Assembly: GCA_951406725.2 (NCBI GenBank)
Contig: OX597817.1
Location: forward strand, 110,918,001-110,982,000
Length of the DNA stretch: 64,000 bases
Source of the DNA: Octopus vulgaris
Lineage: Eukaryota
Direction of reading: 5' to 3'
A model generated the notes under the pieces. That model did no database searches. It was not told the DNA's origin and was given only the letters and a program-made list of their open reading frames with translations. This document shows positions 26,249 to 38,354 of this stretch, in pieces (the stretch's first letter is position 1; the number at the start of each line of letters is the position of its first letter). A program made the position numbers and the translations under genes.

Positions 26249-27284
26249 AGTGATAATAATAATAATTGTAATAATAACAAAAATTGCTCTAATTTAAGCA
26301 AAGGCCAACAATAATAATTCTTTATGATTTAGGCACTAGGACAGAACAAACACTGCAACACTCTAATAACTCTGCTCGCTCATCATCCAATAATAATAAT
26401 AATAGTAATAACAACTTCTTACATAAGCAGATAGCCAGAAATTTGTTGGTGTGTGGGATTAGTTGATTAAATAAACCTCAGTTCTTGACTGGTACTTTTG
26501 GGAGATGAACCCAACCTTATCACGATTAGAACACTGAATGCAAAAGGATACAGTGAAATGCCGCAAGATATTTTGTTTGAAACTCTTCCCGTTCTGTTAA
26601 TCCCACCATGCTAATAATCAGACAATAACTTTCATTTTTTCACCACAGGCTATTAAGTGCAAACATGGCATACAAATGTCAAAGTGTTTGTTTCATATAT
26701 CAATAATGCACTACTGTGTAATAAAGTTAGACATGACTGAAGTTTACCATAGATATAATACTGCATAAGAGATGAAATAGATTGTAGCTATGTGATTGAT
26801 TTTTACACAACAAATTTCTATCAATAGAAATATATAAAGTTGTTGCTACCATAGTTGTTATTGAAGTACCCAAGAATACATCCAGTAGCCATATTATAAA
26901 TCTGTTTTACTGTTTCATCATTACTACAATCCATTGACATGACAATAATGCATGTTGTTCACAGTATTATCAGGTAGTTGTCACAGATATATGCAAGTCA
27001 TTTAAATATTTTACAGCACTCTGTCTTATATTAATTTATTGGTCAACCTTAAAATTCTTTTATGTTGATTATTTAATAAATATCAATAGTGTATATTGCC
27101 TACATGAAATTTCCTTACAGTAATATTGATTTCTAACAGGCTAAAGCTCAGATTTGTGGTATTGGTATATTTGATTAAATCATTGACACAGGAAGAGTGA
27201 AAAGTAATGAAGATCATAGTAGGATTTGAACTTTGAATATGAAGAGACATAAAGAATGGGCACCCAACTACTTGTGTCAAATAA

Positions 27285-27498
27285 GGATTTCAAATTTTGG
27301 CTCAAGGCCAGCAATTTTAGGGGAGGGGATAAGTTGATTACATTGACCCTAGTGCTCAACTGTTACTTATTTTATCAACCCTAAAAGGATGAAAGGTAAA
27401 GTTGATCTTGGTGGAATCTGAATTCAGAATGCAAAGACTGACAAAATACTGCCAAGCATTTGTCTTGATGTGATAATGATTCTGTCAGCTCACTGCCT
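27285..27498 (-). mobile_element. SINE family A
   Basis: Full reverse copy. Direct repeat ctt(g/a)tgtcaaataa on both sides (~27270-27284, ~27501-27514) looks like a TSD. Confidence 0.88.
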
Positions 27499-28069
27499 AA
27501 CTTATGTCAAATAATAATCATTTATATGTATGAATGATGTGCAAGACTATTTTTGCTGTGTGCAGTTGGAAAATGGTGACATAGCTGTCTGCTCTCTGGG
27601 CATAACAATATAACTAAAATAGAGCTATTTTAATTGTCGACTTGGTTCATTGAGTTGATGATGACAGTGGTAGTGGAATTTCATTAATAATATATTATTT
27701 TTACTATTTTTTCCCCCCATTCATTGTCCAAAACAAAAAGAAACCCAACTCTATAATAGTGGTGTTGAGGGAACCGTGAATTAAGGGAAAAAGAATGTTG
27801 TAGTCTCTAAGACTAGATTTAACATTTACACATCAGGGGAGTTTTGGTTATTTATTAAAGGAATGTATTTTATTATTTCATTTACTGTTGTTATCTTTGT
27901 GTCTAATGCTTATAAAGAAACAATACTACTATTCTATACAGGAGAGAGAGAGAGAGTGGAAATAAGGAATGTTGTGTTATTTGTACCTTTACCAAAGGGT
28001 TTATTATCAATATAGTACTAGCTCAGCTCAGACCAGCTCTGATCAAGTATATATATGAATGAATAACAT

Positions 28070-28100
<31 letters not shown>

Positions 28101-28240
28101 GAATTTATTGTATACAGTGCTCAGTTACACTGCAACTCATCAGAAAAAGTAACCAAAACTGCATGAACGGTACATAGAATACGCACAGGAAGTGAATAGT
28201 GAATAAGTCTTTAAAACAATGTTGGAGCATCAGGAGTACT

Positions 28241-28673
28241 GTTCTATATTTTAGAGATGAGGAATTCTGTACTTTATTTACATTGGACAGAAATGTCTCC
28301 TCATCTTGTTTATTGTTACCACAACGTTTCAGCTGATTTACTCTCTAGCCTTCATCAGGTGTCCTGGTAGAATTTTGGACCCAACCCTGGGTTCTCCTTC
28401 CTAAGGTACTTTTTTGCTGATTTTATTATTATTATTATTTATTTGAGGCACTACCTGGAATTGAACTTGCACTCTTGAGGTTAGTAGTCTGCACACTTAA
28501 TTATTACCCTATATGCCTGTTGGCTATTATACATCTTTAGAATGGACACCCAGGGTTAGGTTCAAAATTCTACCAAGACACCTGATGAAGGCTGGAGAGT
28601 AAATCAGCCGAAACGTTGTAGTAACAACAAACAAGATGAGGACACATATCCGTCCAATGTAAATGATGCAAAT
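28241..28673. mobile_element. tRNA-head hammerhead element, inverted pair (copy 2)
   Basis: Long - arm 28241-~28548 (leader, tRNA-like head, (AAT)n, HHR, tail) and short + arm ~28548-28673. TSD atcaggagtactgt at 28229-28242 and 28674-28687. Confidence 0.88.
28577..28622 (+). ncRNA. Minimal type I hammerhead ribozyme motif, core intact
   Basis: gacac-CTGATGA-a-ggctg-gagagtaaat-cagcc-GAAA-CG-TT-gt, with palindromic AACGTT stem III. Mirror copy on - at 28318-28363. Confidence 0.8.
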
Positions 28674-29991
28674 ATCAGGAGTACTGTAGGTGAGTTTCAA
28701 GAAGCATCAAAGTTTTGAAGGATGTAGTGTTTCAATAGCTAACAACTGATTGTGGGTAGTTTATGCCATGCTTCAGCAATACTGTGCATGAAAAAATCTT
28801 TCTAATGTATCTTCCTCTCTTTACTCTCTGCAGACTACTAATTCTAATTTTCTTTTTATCATTTTCAAGTTTGCCACTTTTTACTTTCAGCTTTTTGTTT
28901 CGCCATCGCTAATTGTTAATTTTTCAATTGTCACTTTTCTTCTACCCATTTATTCCTCCTATAAGATTCGCAAGCGCCTTAACTCATATAATAATAATAA
29001 TGAAATTATTATATGCTTTTAGATTTAGTTTATTTTACACATTTGCCAATTTGATTATTGCTGTTTTTAATTTCTGAAATTAAAAACAAAAATATCACCA
29101 CCACTTCCACCAGATCCTTGGTTGTCTCTATTGTAAGCATTCAGACCAGATCTCCTCCCATTTCCTCCCCATCCACATTTTACTTGTGCTCGTTGTTTTT
29201 CTTATGTTTGGGATGGACCATTACTTTGAATACTCAACTACTTATATGATGCTGATTTTATAGATATATAGTTCAGTTATACAAAGAATGGAAGGGGGAT
29301 TCATCACAGCTGGGGCATCTATATTCCTCTTCCCAAATGTGTGAATTTATATCTATTTTAAAAGCAAATTGACCAAAGGTGTTCTAGTGGTTTTCATTGC
29401 AATGCTCTTCATGGCATAATGCAAACCAATTTATTTCACTCTTTCGTTGATTGTACTCATGGGCCTGGAAACAAGGGGAGCAGGGAATGCAAATGCACCT
29501 CTTAAAATTTTTGGAGCATGCAAAATCAAAATTTGCAACCCTACCTACTTTTCTCAGGTTTAGAAAACAGTGTGTAAAAAGTGATCTGTAGAAAGTAGCT
29601 TGAAGTTAGGTTTCTTCTCAAAGAACAAAGAACAAAAATAAATAACAAAAATGATAAGGTCTTGTTTGTAAAAAATTTTGAACCTGGCTTTGCACACCCT
29701 AAGCTAATTTCGTTCCTGAGCTAGTAGTGCTTGTACTTGCAGATCATTAGTAATTTCCTTGGATTTTACTGTTTACTTTAGGATCTAGGACTAAATCATT
29801 TAACATGCCTTCTTAAAGACCAGGTGTTATGATTTGAGTGAACTTTGGATGTTATTTCTAGCAGAATGAGCAACCCCATAGAAGTAGTTTCAAGTAGGAA
29901 TGTAAACTAGGTCACAGATTTGGATCACCAAGAACTTGACGCCCTTTGTGTGAGTGCATGTGTGTGTGTGTGTGTGTGTTGTGTGTGCATA

Positions 29992-30087
29992 TTCATATTG
30001 TACAGTTTTTCCACTTATCTCAGTAAAAGGTTTTGTACACACAGAATCATATTGTACAGTATTTCCACTTGTCTTAGTGAAAGGTTA
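29992..30087. repeat. ~41 bp direct duplication, period ~55
   Basis: tcatattgtacagt(t/a)tttccactt(a/g)tct(c/t)agt(a/g)aaaggtt occurs twice. Confidence 0.85.
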
Positions 30088-30894
30088 TTTTAGTGGATAA
30101 TTGAGTAATTTGAATCTGCTTTGGAGGTCCTTGCTTTATTCGTGTATTTATTGACTCCTAAGTTTTGCACCTGTTTACTTCAAGTAAATCAAGTCTGCCA
30201 TTTACTTAATTATTTATGTATTTATAGAATTGAGGTTGTGTGTGTGTGTGTGTGTGTGATTCCTTCTTTCTGGTAATGTCTGTTACACTAGATTTTATGG
30301 GTACTTGAAATGCATGAAGTGGTTAATTTCTCTTTTGAGACATGATATGCCTGTAAGTTCTTAGAACATTTAGGCTGGGTGCTAATCTTACAAAGTTAAT
30401 GTTAGGGATGTAAACTTATTTCCCTAAACTGAAGTGTTTCTTTTGGGGGTTTTTTTGTGTTTTATGGTAGTGCATATTAGCAGAGCGTCATTAAGTCTTA
30501 GTAGCCAGTTAGAATGAAACTGCTGTAACCATTATTATTATCATCATTATCATCATTCTTGCCATAAGCACATCTTTCTGTTTTCTTTTAAAATTCTTTG
30601 AAATCTATAGCACTTGTATTTTTATTCTAAGAATCAGTGCTTTTATGTTCAAACTTGCTAGTCTGGCCTTTTACACCTACCCTAAAATGCCATTATAAAA
30701 ATATACAATAGTGTCACTGAAATCTCAAAGCTACAAGATAATACATAATTGATTCAAAGCAATATGAATAAAAAAGCATTAAATACGATAAAAAAAAAAT
30801 TAAACAGGATAAAAAAATAAACAATCCTATTTTTTATTTTCTAAAGAAAATATATGTTTCTTAATGAATTTTTCTTCTTTTCTGTTTTCTCTAG

Positions 30895-30963
30895 GTAAGT
30901 CCAGACATTTCATTTTGTAATAAACTTCTCAAAGATTTGTGTCCATTGATAAAACCTGATTTG
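30895..30963 (+). other. Candidate 69-nt exon beginning with GTAAGT (recursive-splicing exon architecture)
   Basis: Branch point tcttaat (30859-30865), long pyrimidine tract, TAG at 30892-30894, then GTAAGT immediately. A second donor TTG|GTAAGT at 30964. Phase 0 is open: VSPDISFCNKLLKDLCPLIKPDL. Confidence 0.55.
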
Positions 30964-31279
30964 GTAAGTTTCATTTGGTTCATAAAATTCATTATACAAC
31001 ACAACACATATGGTTGCCAGCTGCTCAAAGTAACAACTGAGGATTCATAAATTAATTCTAATCCCAATAAAATCATTGAGATTCTCAGAGTGATTTCATA
31101 GCTATGTACTTCTTAATTTTGCTTTTGATTTTTCCTCCAAAATTTCTTTCTTTCCACCTCTTTTCTGTTTCTTTCTCATATGCGTTCAACTTCACCAATA
31201 AGACCAATTTAGGGTGAGTGAGAAGATGAACTTGCATGGCTATGTGTGTAACAACAGTTACATGTAATTATACTACAGA

Positions 31280-31660
31280 ATGGTGGTTCATAAACTGGGT
31301 AGTAGCACCCTTGAGGAAATCTATGATCACAAGGGAGTGGCAAATATCAAGGAGCTGCCTGGGGAAGCACTGGGTACACTGTTAATATAAATCAAAATAT
31401 AATTTTGTTATAGAAGTCTTTACCATCCTTAGTAATTTCCATGAAAATTTAGCATAGGGATACTAGTTCAGGCAGATATGTAAAAAAAAAAATGGATGGA
31501 ATAATATAAGAAAATATGGGTAACAAACCACTGTAAAAAAAACTAGCTTCTGTTTGATTAAAATAATCTCTTTTTGTTAAACAAGATATTAGGAAGGGCT
31601 TTTATAAAATGCCATTTAGTGAGAGGAGGGCACTGAACTATAAAAGGTTAAGAACTACTG
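31280..31660. mobile_element. Decayed hAT/Charlie-like MITE
   Basis: tggtggttcataaactggg at the left and aaaaggttaagaactactg at the right resemble cagtggttctcaa/ttgagaaccactg termini. Confidence 0.45.
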
Positions 31661-31841
31661 CCATAACATATATGAATACATTATAATCATACAAATTTAG
31701 TCAATACTGCATATGTAATTGAGTATACTAGACAAGAAATGTCTACATGATCTCTTTGCAAGCAGAAAATGTATGTGTGCGTGTGTAGCTTAGTCTTAAA
31801 GAACTCTTCTTAGTGCATCAATTACGAATGGTCGCATATAG

Positions 31842-32062
31842 AGGTGGTGAGCAGGTGGAATCATTAATTAATACACCAAACAAAATGCTTAGCAGCATTT
31901 CATCCATCTTTATGTTCTGTGTTCAAATTTTGCCAAGGTCAACTTTGCCTTTCATCCGTTTGAGGTTGATAAAATAAGTACCAATTGATTACTGGGGTTG
32001 ATGTAAACAACTTACCATTTTCCCTGAAATTGCTGGCCTTGTGCCAGAATTTGAAACCAATA
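31842..32062 (+). mobile_element. SINE family A
   Basis: Full-length forward copy. Confidence 0.85.
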
Positions 32063-32623
32063 ATTAACAGTCACATAGATAATATTGGTGTTATATTTCC
32101 ATTGCATACAGTACAACCTGCATCAGAGGTAGAAGCTACCTTCGGTTCCTCATTCCAAACTCTCTCTCTAATTAATAATGAACTATGTCACCTTTGTAAT
32201 CTGGTTTGTAATCTATTTCATTTCTATGTAACAGTCATATAACTCCCTGTAAGTATATTATGGTCTGAATAGAAGCACACTGAACATTTATACATTGCTT
32301 CAGTTAGAGCTAGTAGCATGCCTTTGGCCAATATGCTAACACTTGTTAATCAATATTTCAAGATTATATAAGACACCTAGACATATTAGCTTAAATTGTT
32401 CTCAAAACATTGTTGTTACAAATTTTATCGACTGCATAAGAGTAGCATATTGGCAGTATTGTTAGAGAGTTGGACCAAATTCCATTCGGTACTTAGTTAC
32501 AGCTTTTTATATAGTCAATTCAAATTCCACAAAGTTAAGCTTTTCAGAGTTAATGAAATAAACTGCTAGTCAAATACTGTTATTAATTTATCAACTAAGG
32601 TGACAAACTGGCAGAAGCATTAA

Positions 32624-32843
32624 CCCTTTCGTTACCAACCCGGCTGAAACTGGCTCTGGCTCTGAGTACAAATGTCTTGTTTTCATAAGTTTTGAATTAA
32701 AATCTTCCACCAAACCTTAATCGCAATTTATGTTCCTAACACTAGCTGAATGATAACTAAGTCATTTTACTAAATTCTTTGTTATATTTGAAGTAATTGA
32801 AAGAAACAAAGAACATCTCAAAATAAATACAGTAATGAAAGGG
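32624..32843. mobile_element. piggyBac-type MITE nested in a family A SINE
   Basis: TTAA|ccctttcgttac..gtaatgaaaggg|TTAA, 220 bp. The SINE A sequence resumes after it. Confidence 0.88.
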
Positions 32844-33306
32844 TTAACCTGTTGGGCAAAATGCAAAATGCTTAGTAGCATTTTGTCTGTCTTTACATTC
32901 TGAGTCAAAATATAATATAGTTTTGAAATGATTTAAAAGAGAAAAGGTTTATACTATATTTTTACATACATGCCATCATATTTTTATACTTCCAAGAGTA
33001 GTGGGAAAACATAGAATGCTTGGTGAAACACTATATATTATATATCATATCCTCCATTTAAATCTCATTGAGATCAACTAAGCTTTTCATGGCTTTCAGG
33101 TGTGATGAAATAAACACCACTCTAGTACAGGCTTAAATTCAATCAACTTCACTCCTTCACAAATTTGTGGCCTCATGCCAAAGTTAGATAATATAATTTC
33201 CATAATTTCTTTGTCTGCTTAACACATTTAGTTTCTTAGATAGGAAATTTTTTCTGTCTTTTTTCTGTTAATTAAATGATAATAATTCACTAACTTTGTT
33301 GCGCAG

Positions 33307-33441
33307 AAATGAAATGAGAAAGTAATTGGAAATGAACAAAAATTGTGGATAAATGATGATGGATGTGACAAAGGAAATAACAGCTTCGTGTATGGAATGA
33401 TGCATGCTAGAATAAAGAGTATTATGAATTAATTTTAGCAG
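33307..33441 (+). other. Candidate non-coding/UTR exon (135 nt)
   Basis: Consensus branch point cactaac, tttgttgcgcag acceptor, CAG|GTATGC donor. Purine-rich body with stops in all three frames. Confidence 0.4.
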
Positions 33442-33842
33442 GTATGCTACACACACACACATGTATGTATGTGTGAGCATGTGCTGTTTGGATTTCATAT
33501 TCCTTGTAAATTCATATCCTGTCTCAGTTGGTCAGTTTATATGGCACAGCTCCTCAGATCACTTCGTTGTGATACTGGATAAGTAGATTCCAGATAATCT
33601 TGTGATAATTATATATTACTTGTGATAAAATACAAATCCTTTTCTGGGGGAAGATTTGTCTATCAACTGCTTAAAGCAATATAATCTTGAGCTAAGCTCT
33701 GACCTTATGAACCTCTTTTGTCACCTTGTAGACCATGTTTAATATAGCTTCATTTCAAGAACTAAAATCACTAAAAGAGTATGAGTGTGTGTATATGTGC
33801 ATGTATGCACACACACTTATGATGAGAAAAAGCATAGATATA

Positions 33843-34222
33843 GTGGCACTCCATTGATTATGACAGCAAGGGTCCCAGTTGATCCAATCAACAGAACAGC
33901 CTGCTCATGAAATTAACGTACAAGTGGCTGAATACTCCACAAACACGTATACCTTTAATGTAGTTCTCAGAGATTCAGCGTGACACAGAGTGTGACTAGG
34001 CTGGCCCTTTGAAATACAGGTACAACAGAAACAGGAAGAAAGAGTGAGAAAAAGTTGTGGTGAAAGAGTACAGCAGGGTTTGCCACCCCCACCCCTCTGC
34101 CAGAACCTCGTGGAACTTTAGGCGTTTTTGCTCAATAAACACTCACAACACCTAGTCTGGGAATCGAAACCATGATCCTATAACTGCGAGTTTACTGCCC
34201 TAACCACTGGGCCATTGCACCT
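33843..34222 (-). mobile_element. SINE family C
   Basis: Reverse complement of 53205-53579. Confidence 0.88.
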
Positions 34223-36566
34223 TTACATAGTAATAATTATGGTAGATCCTTTAAGTAATATAATAGTTCTCTCCTGTTGCATAATATATTCTATTGCAGA
34301 TGGCCATGAGTGTAAAACTTAATTATTTAATTTAATTTAGATGATTGATGATCACCTAGCAAAATAAATGAAATTAACTTAATTTTAAATAAGGCATTGA
34401 CTTTCATAGTCAAGCTGTTTATCGTTTAGTTGCCTAAGTGTGAATATTATTTCATTTGCATTTTTTCTTGACCATTCCTAACCCCAAATACCATCAACCA
34501 ATTGCTATAAGCATCTGCTCACCTAGCTCTCTTTCCTGCTGTTTCTAAATCATTACCATCTTTCCTATATTTGCAGTCTTCAGTTTTGATTCTACAGCCC
34601 ATCTGATTTCATGCTGTCTTTTAGCCTCATAGGGATTTAATTTACTTTGGAGTCATGCAGTTATGAAGTAACTTTTAACTGACATATGCTGGTCTGCCTG
34701 CTCATCCATCCACCTATTTAAACACACATGTATGCACTCACACACACATTCATAACACTTTATCTGTATAGACATACACTACAAGAGAAAAGTAATTATA
34801 TATTCACATTTATGCATATGCATTAGTTTTATAAATTGATGTGTGTGTGTGTATATGTGCATAAAATAAATCATAATTTTTTAATGTTCTCTTCTAAATC
34901 ATACATCATATATTTTAGATCATAATTTTCTTACACTATAAAACATTACTGAAATTATTCATATTTTCTTCAAATAAAGTTCCTTTCTATGAGAATCCAA
35001 AAAAAAAAAGAAAAGACAGAAAAAAGGAAGAAACAAAAAATTCTAAAGATTGGTTACATATTAAAGATTATATACTTATCTACAAGAATTTACAACTGCT
35101 TTAGCTACTAAAACAAGCAAATTAATAAAATTATCAAAGCAAAATAATGTTAGGTTTTATACTTGACTAGGAAGGAAAAAAAACAAACATTATCTAAGTA
35201 ATGGATGAATTTTTTTTGTTCACACTAATTGCACCAATATTTTTTCTATTGAACTTTTGAAAAAATTAGTTGAAGTTTTTTGAAATATTTTGTGATGTTC
35301 ATGTGAGAAATTTAAATAATATTTTATTGAAGTTAGTTTTAAAAAAAAAAAAAATGATTTTCATCTTAATGACTGAATATCATTGGTAATTTCTGTTTTA
35401 AAAAATATCTGTTTGACCTTTTAAAATCTTAGAATTTTGCTTAAAAATGCCAAGCTGATATTAAAAAAAAATGTTAAAAGTAATATATCTTCATAGGTTT
35501 GTGTGTGTTTATTAATGTTTTATCAAGCATATAGTATTAAAACTTGAAGTAAGTTATTTTTACTATAAGATATGCAAAATTTATTAATGATTTCAATATT
35601 AAAACTTTTTGTTCTTTACTTAAACTTCTTATTTATTAACAAAATAAATTAAACAAAAACAGAAAATTAAAAGCTAGGAAAAGTAGGATTGTTTGATAAG
35701 TTTTTTTTTTTATACTGTCTCTTAGAGTTTAACCAAACTGAAATGAGCTTTAGGTTTTTGTTTTATTGTTGACTGTTTATTTTTAGCACTAGTGTAAATT
35801 TTAGTGAACAAATGAATACTTATTTTGTATTTTTTCTATGATATTTTTTCTTAGTCTTTATTGGTAGGAGTTGTGGAATTTTTTAGTTATCTTATTTCTT
35901 ATAGCATTTCTTTTATTTAGATATATATAATGTCAGATTTATTTATGTCAATTCAAACTTACCACATCTGCCAAATGTGGAATTTGGTATATTTATTTTC
36001 CTTTCCAAGTGTCACATTGCATAAAAGCTTAAAATGTCAGATATAACTGAAGTTTAACTGAAGTTCAACTTAACTTTCAGATATTGTTCAAATGTTTAGA
36101 ATTGGAAAATATTACACAAGGTAGTTTCTTTATTGAGTTTCTTGTCTTCTTTGAAACTTTCTTGCAAAGTATTACGAAACTACTGAATTTCAGCTATAAG
36201 GCAGTCATGCAGTGATGATGCCAACTTGATTTTTATGCTTATCTTAATCGGTTTCATATTTTTAAATTGTTCATTTGTATCCAATCCCAAATTTCAAGTG
36301 AAAGTTGTTTCAAATGCATTTAGAAATGTCAAACAAACTTACATTAATCTTTTCCTTAATCATCATCACCATCATGATTTAATGTCCATTTTTCCTTGCT
36401 GGCAAGGGTTAGGCAGCTTGACAAGAACTGGCAAGGTTGGCAAGCCTCACAATGTTGCATAGCTTGGTTTCTGCAACTGGATATCCTTTCTAACGCTAAC
36501 CACTTTATGTGGCACCAGCAACCACCATGTATGTATTATGTATGTGTGTGTATATATATATATATA

Positions 36567-37250
36567 TATAACCAATAAAAAAGCAACAAGAATGGATTAG
36601 TAGTTTAGTACAATTGTTTCATACTAAGAGCAATTTTATTTGAAGCTGCAAATATTGCAGCAAATACAAATGTCCAGTATTCATCAGCTAAATCACATAT
36701 ATGTTTTCCAGACATCCTAGAGAGTTTGATTATCCTCATGAAGTATTAGGAGTGAGTTCTATGAAATTTAAAGTCAAATTATAAGCAGACTTAAAATGCT
36801 TTCTAATGATGCACAGTTTTATAGAAAGTTTTTAAAGGATTGTTAACTTCCCAGAGAAGGTGAATCCATCCATAAAAATGTAGGTATAAATTCCGGAGAC
36901 GTGAGGGAAGCTGTTGGTCACACGCCGGTTCATTTCACAACTAAGTTGTTGCAACTACAACCAAAATTGCTACTACAACCAAATTCTGTTTGCAACAACT
37001 TAGTTGTTCATGATGAATACTGGACATTTGTATTTGCTACAATATTTGCAGCTTCAAATAAAATTGCTCTTAGTATGAAACAATTGTACTAAACTACTAA
37101 TCCATTCTTGTTGCTTTTTTCTTGGTTATAATCACCCCACATTATTTTATGGTTAATACCATAAAGAATTCTGGTGCATCTAAGTTAAGTACCATATTCA
37201 TTTGAATTCATTGGAATTCACTTGAATCTTAATTGTTTTTGCTGAATATA
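36567..37250. mobile_element. Penelope-type inverted pLTR insertion in (TA)n, with HHR
   Basis: 120-bp inverted repeats at 36567-36686 and 37011-37130 (2 mismatches seen). The right arm is followed by ~120 bp before a (TA)n; (TA)n lies on both sides. Confidence 0.78.
36604..36692 (-). ncRNA. Type I hammerhead ribozyme, fully intact consensus, long stem II
   Basis: Minus strand: tttag-CTGATGA-atact..agtat-GAAA-caattg-TA-ctaaa. Stems I and II are perfect, with an internal hairpin gctgcaa/ttgcagc and a GUA cleavage triplet. Confidence 0.88.
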
Positions 37251-37256
37251 TATATA

Positions 37257-37395
37257 TTCGGCAAAAGAGACCGATAGAATAAGTACTGGGCTTACAAAGG
37301 ATAAGTCCCGGGGTCGATTTGCTCGACTAAAGGCGGTGCTCCAGCATGGCCGCAGACAAATGACTGAAACAAGTAAAAGAGTAAAAGAGTAAAGA
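37257..37395 (+). mobile_element. SINE family B, 3' part (young)
   Basis: ttcggcaaaagagaccgatagaataagtact..gactgaaacaagtaaaagagtaaaagag. Confidence 0.85.
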
Positions 37396-38097
37396 ATATT
37401 TATTTACAAACCACAGTCTCTGATATTTACTCTTGATCTTTTGTCTGAGAAGAGGATATATATATGCATAAGTTTAGGACTAACCAATGAATCTTATTGT
37501 AATATATGTGGCTTAACTCTTAATGATTAGGTACCACTGTGTGGCACATTTTATCAATTCATTATTTTAGAGAAAAGAGAAACAAGTAACTATGGTTTGA
37601 CTCTCTATGATTGAAAAAGAATGGATTTTTCATTTTGTTTATGAAAATATTCATAATCAACCACATAAATAAGGGTATTTCAGAGTCTCATAAACCTATA
37701 AATCTTACGAAGTCTAACCCACCTCCTCCCAAAGTGATATTTTTATTGGATCATTTAAAGAGTTATATTTAAGAATATCAGTGATACTAATATTCATTTA
37801 GTCACAATCCAGCTGCTTCTTGGAGCATAAAATATTGCTTTTTAACAAGACTACCAGGTTCATTTCTATTTAGAATGCAGATTGTTTCTCACCAGGAGCA
37901 GGGACTAGTTCACAAATATAATTAGCAGTGTGTCTCTAGTTCTCTGTTTATTTATCCTTCTGACATGTGCATAAAAGATAATTAGCTGTTTCTGTCTTGT
38001 ATCATTGTGTTTGCATGTCTCAATTTCCTAGAAATACTGTGAAGCTGTTTAGTTAATTTTGTTGGTATTTCATGGAAACACCACTGGATTGATTAGC

Positions 38098-38264
38098 ATG
38101 TGTGTGTGTGTATATATATATGTATATGTGTGTGTATATATATGTATATATGTGTGTAAATATATATGTGTATATATTTGTGTGTGCGTGTATATATATG
38201 TATATATATCTGTGTGTGTATGTGTGCTTGTATATATATGTATATATATCTGTGTGTGTATGTA

Positions 38265-38307
<43 letters not shown>

Positions 38308-38314
38308 ATATATT

Positions 38315-38354
<40 letters not shown>

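Larger units (their letters stand above)
28100..28800 (-). mobile_element. CR1/Jockey-like LINE 3' end, split by the hammerhead element
   Basis: Minus strand FFMHSIAEAWHKLP..VVS..TSFK resembles the FFxxRVxxxWNxLP..SFK C-terminus. The 3'UTR continues on the other side of the insertion to a poly-TA/ATT end. Confidence 0.65.

Noticed and set aside
28440-28520. tRNA-like sequences here and at other SINE heads
   Set aside because: No intact acceptor stem or cloverleaf; they are SINE heads, not tRNA genes.
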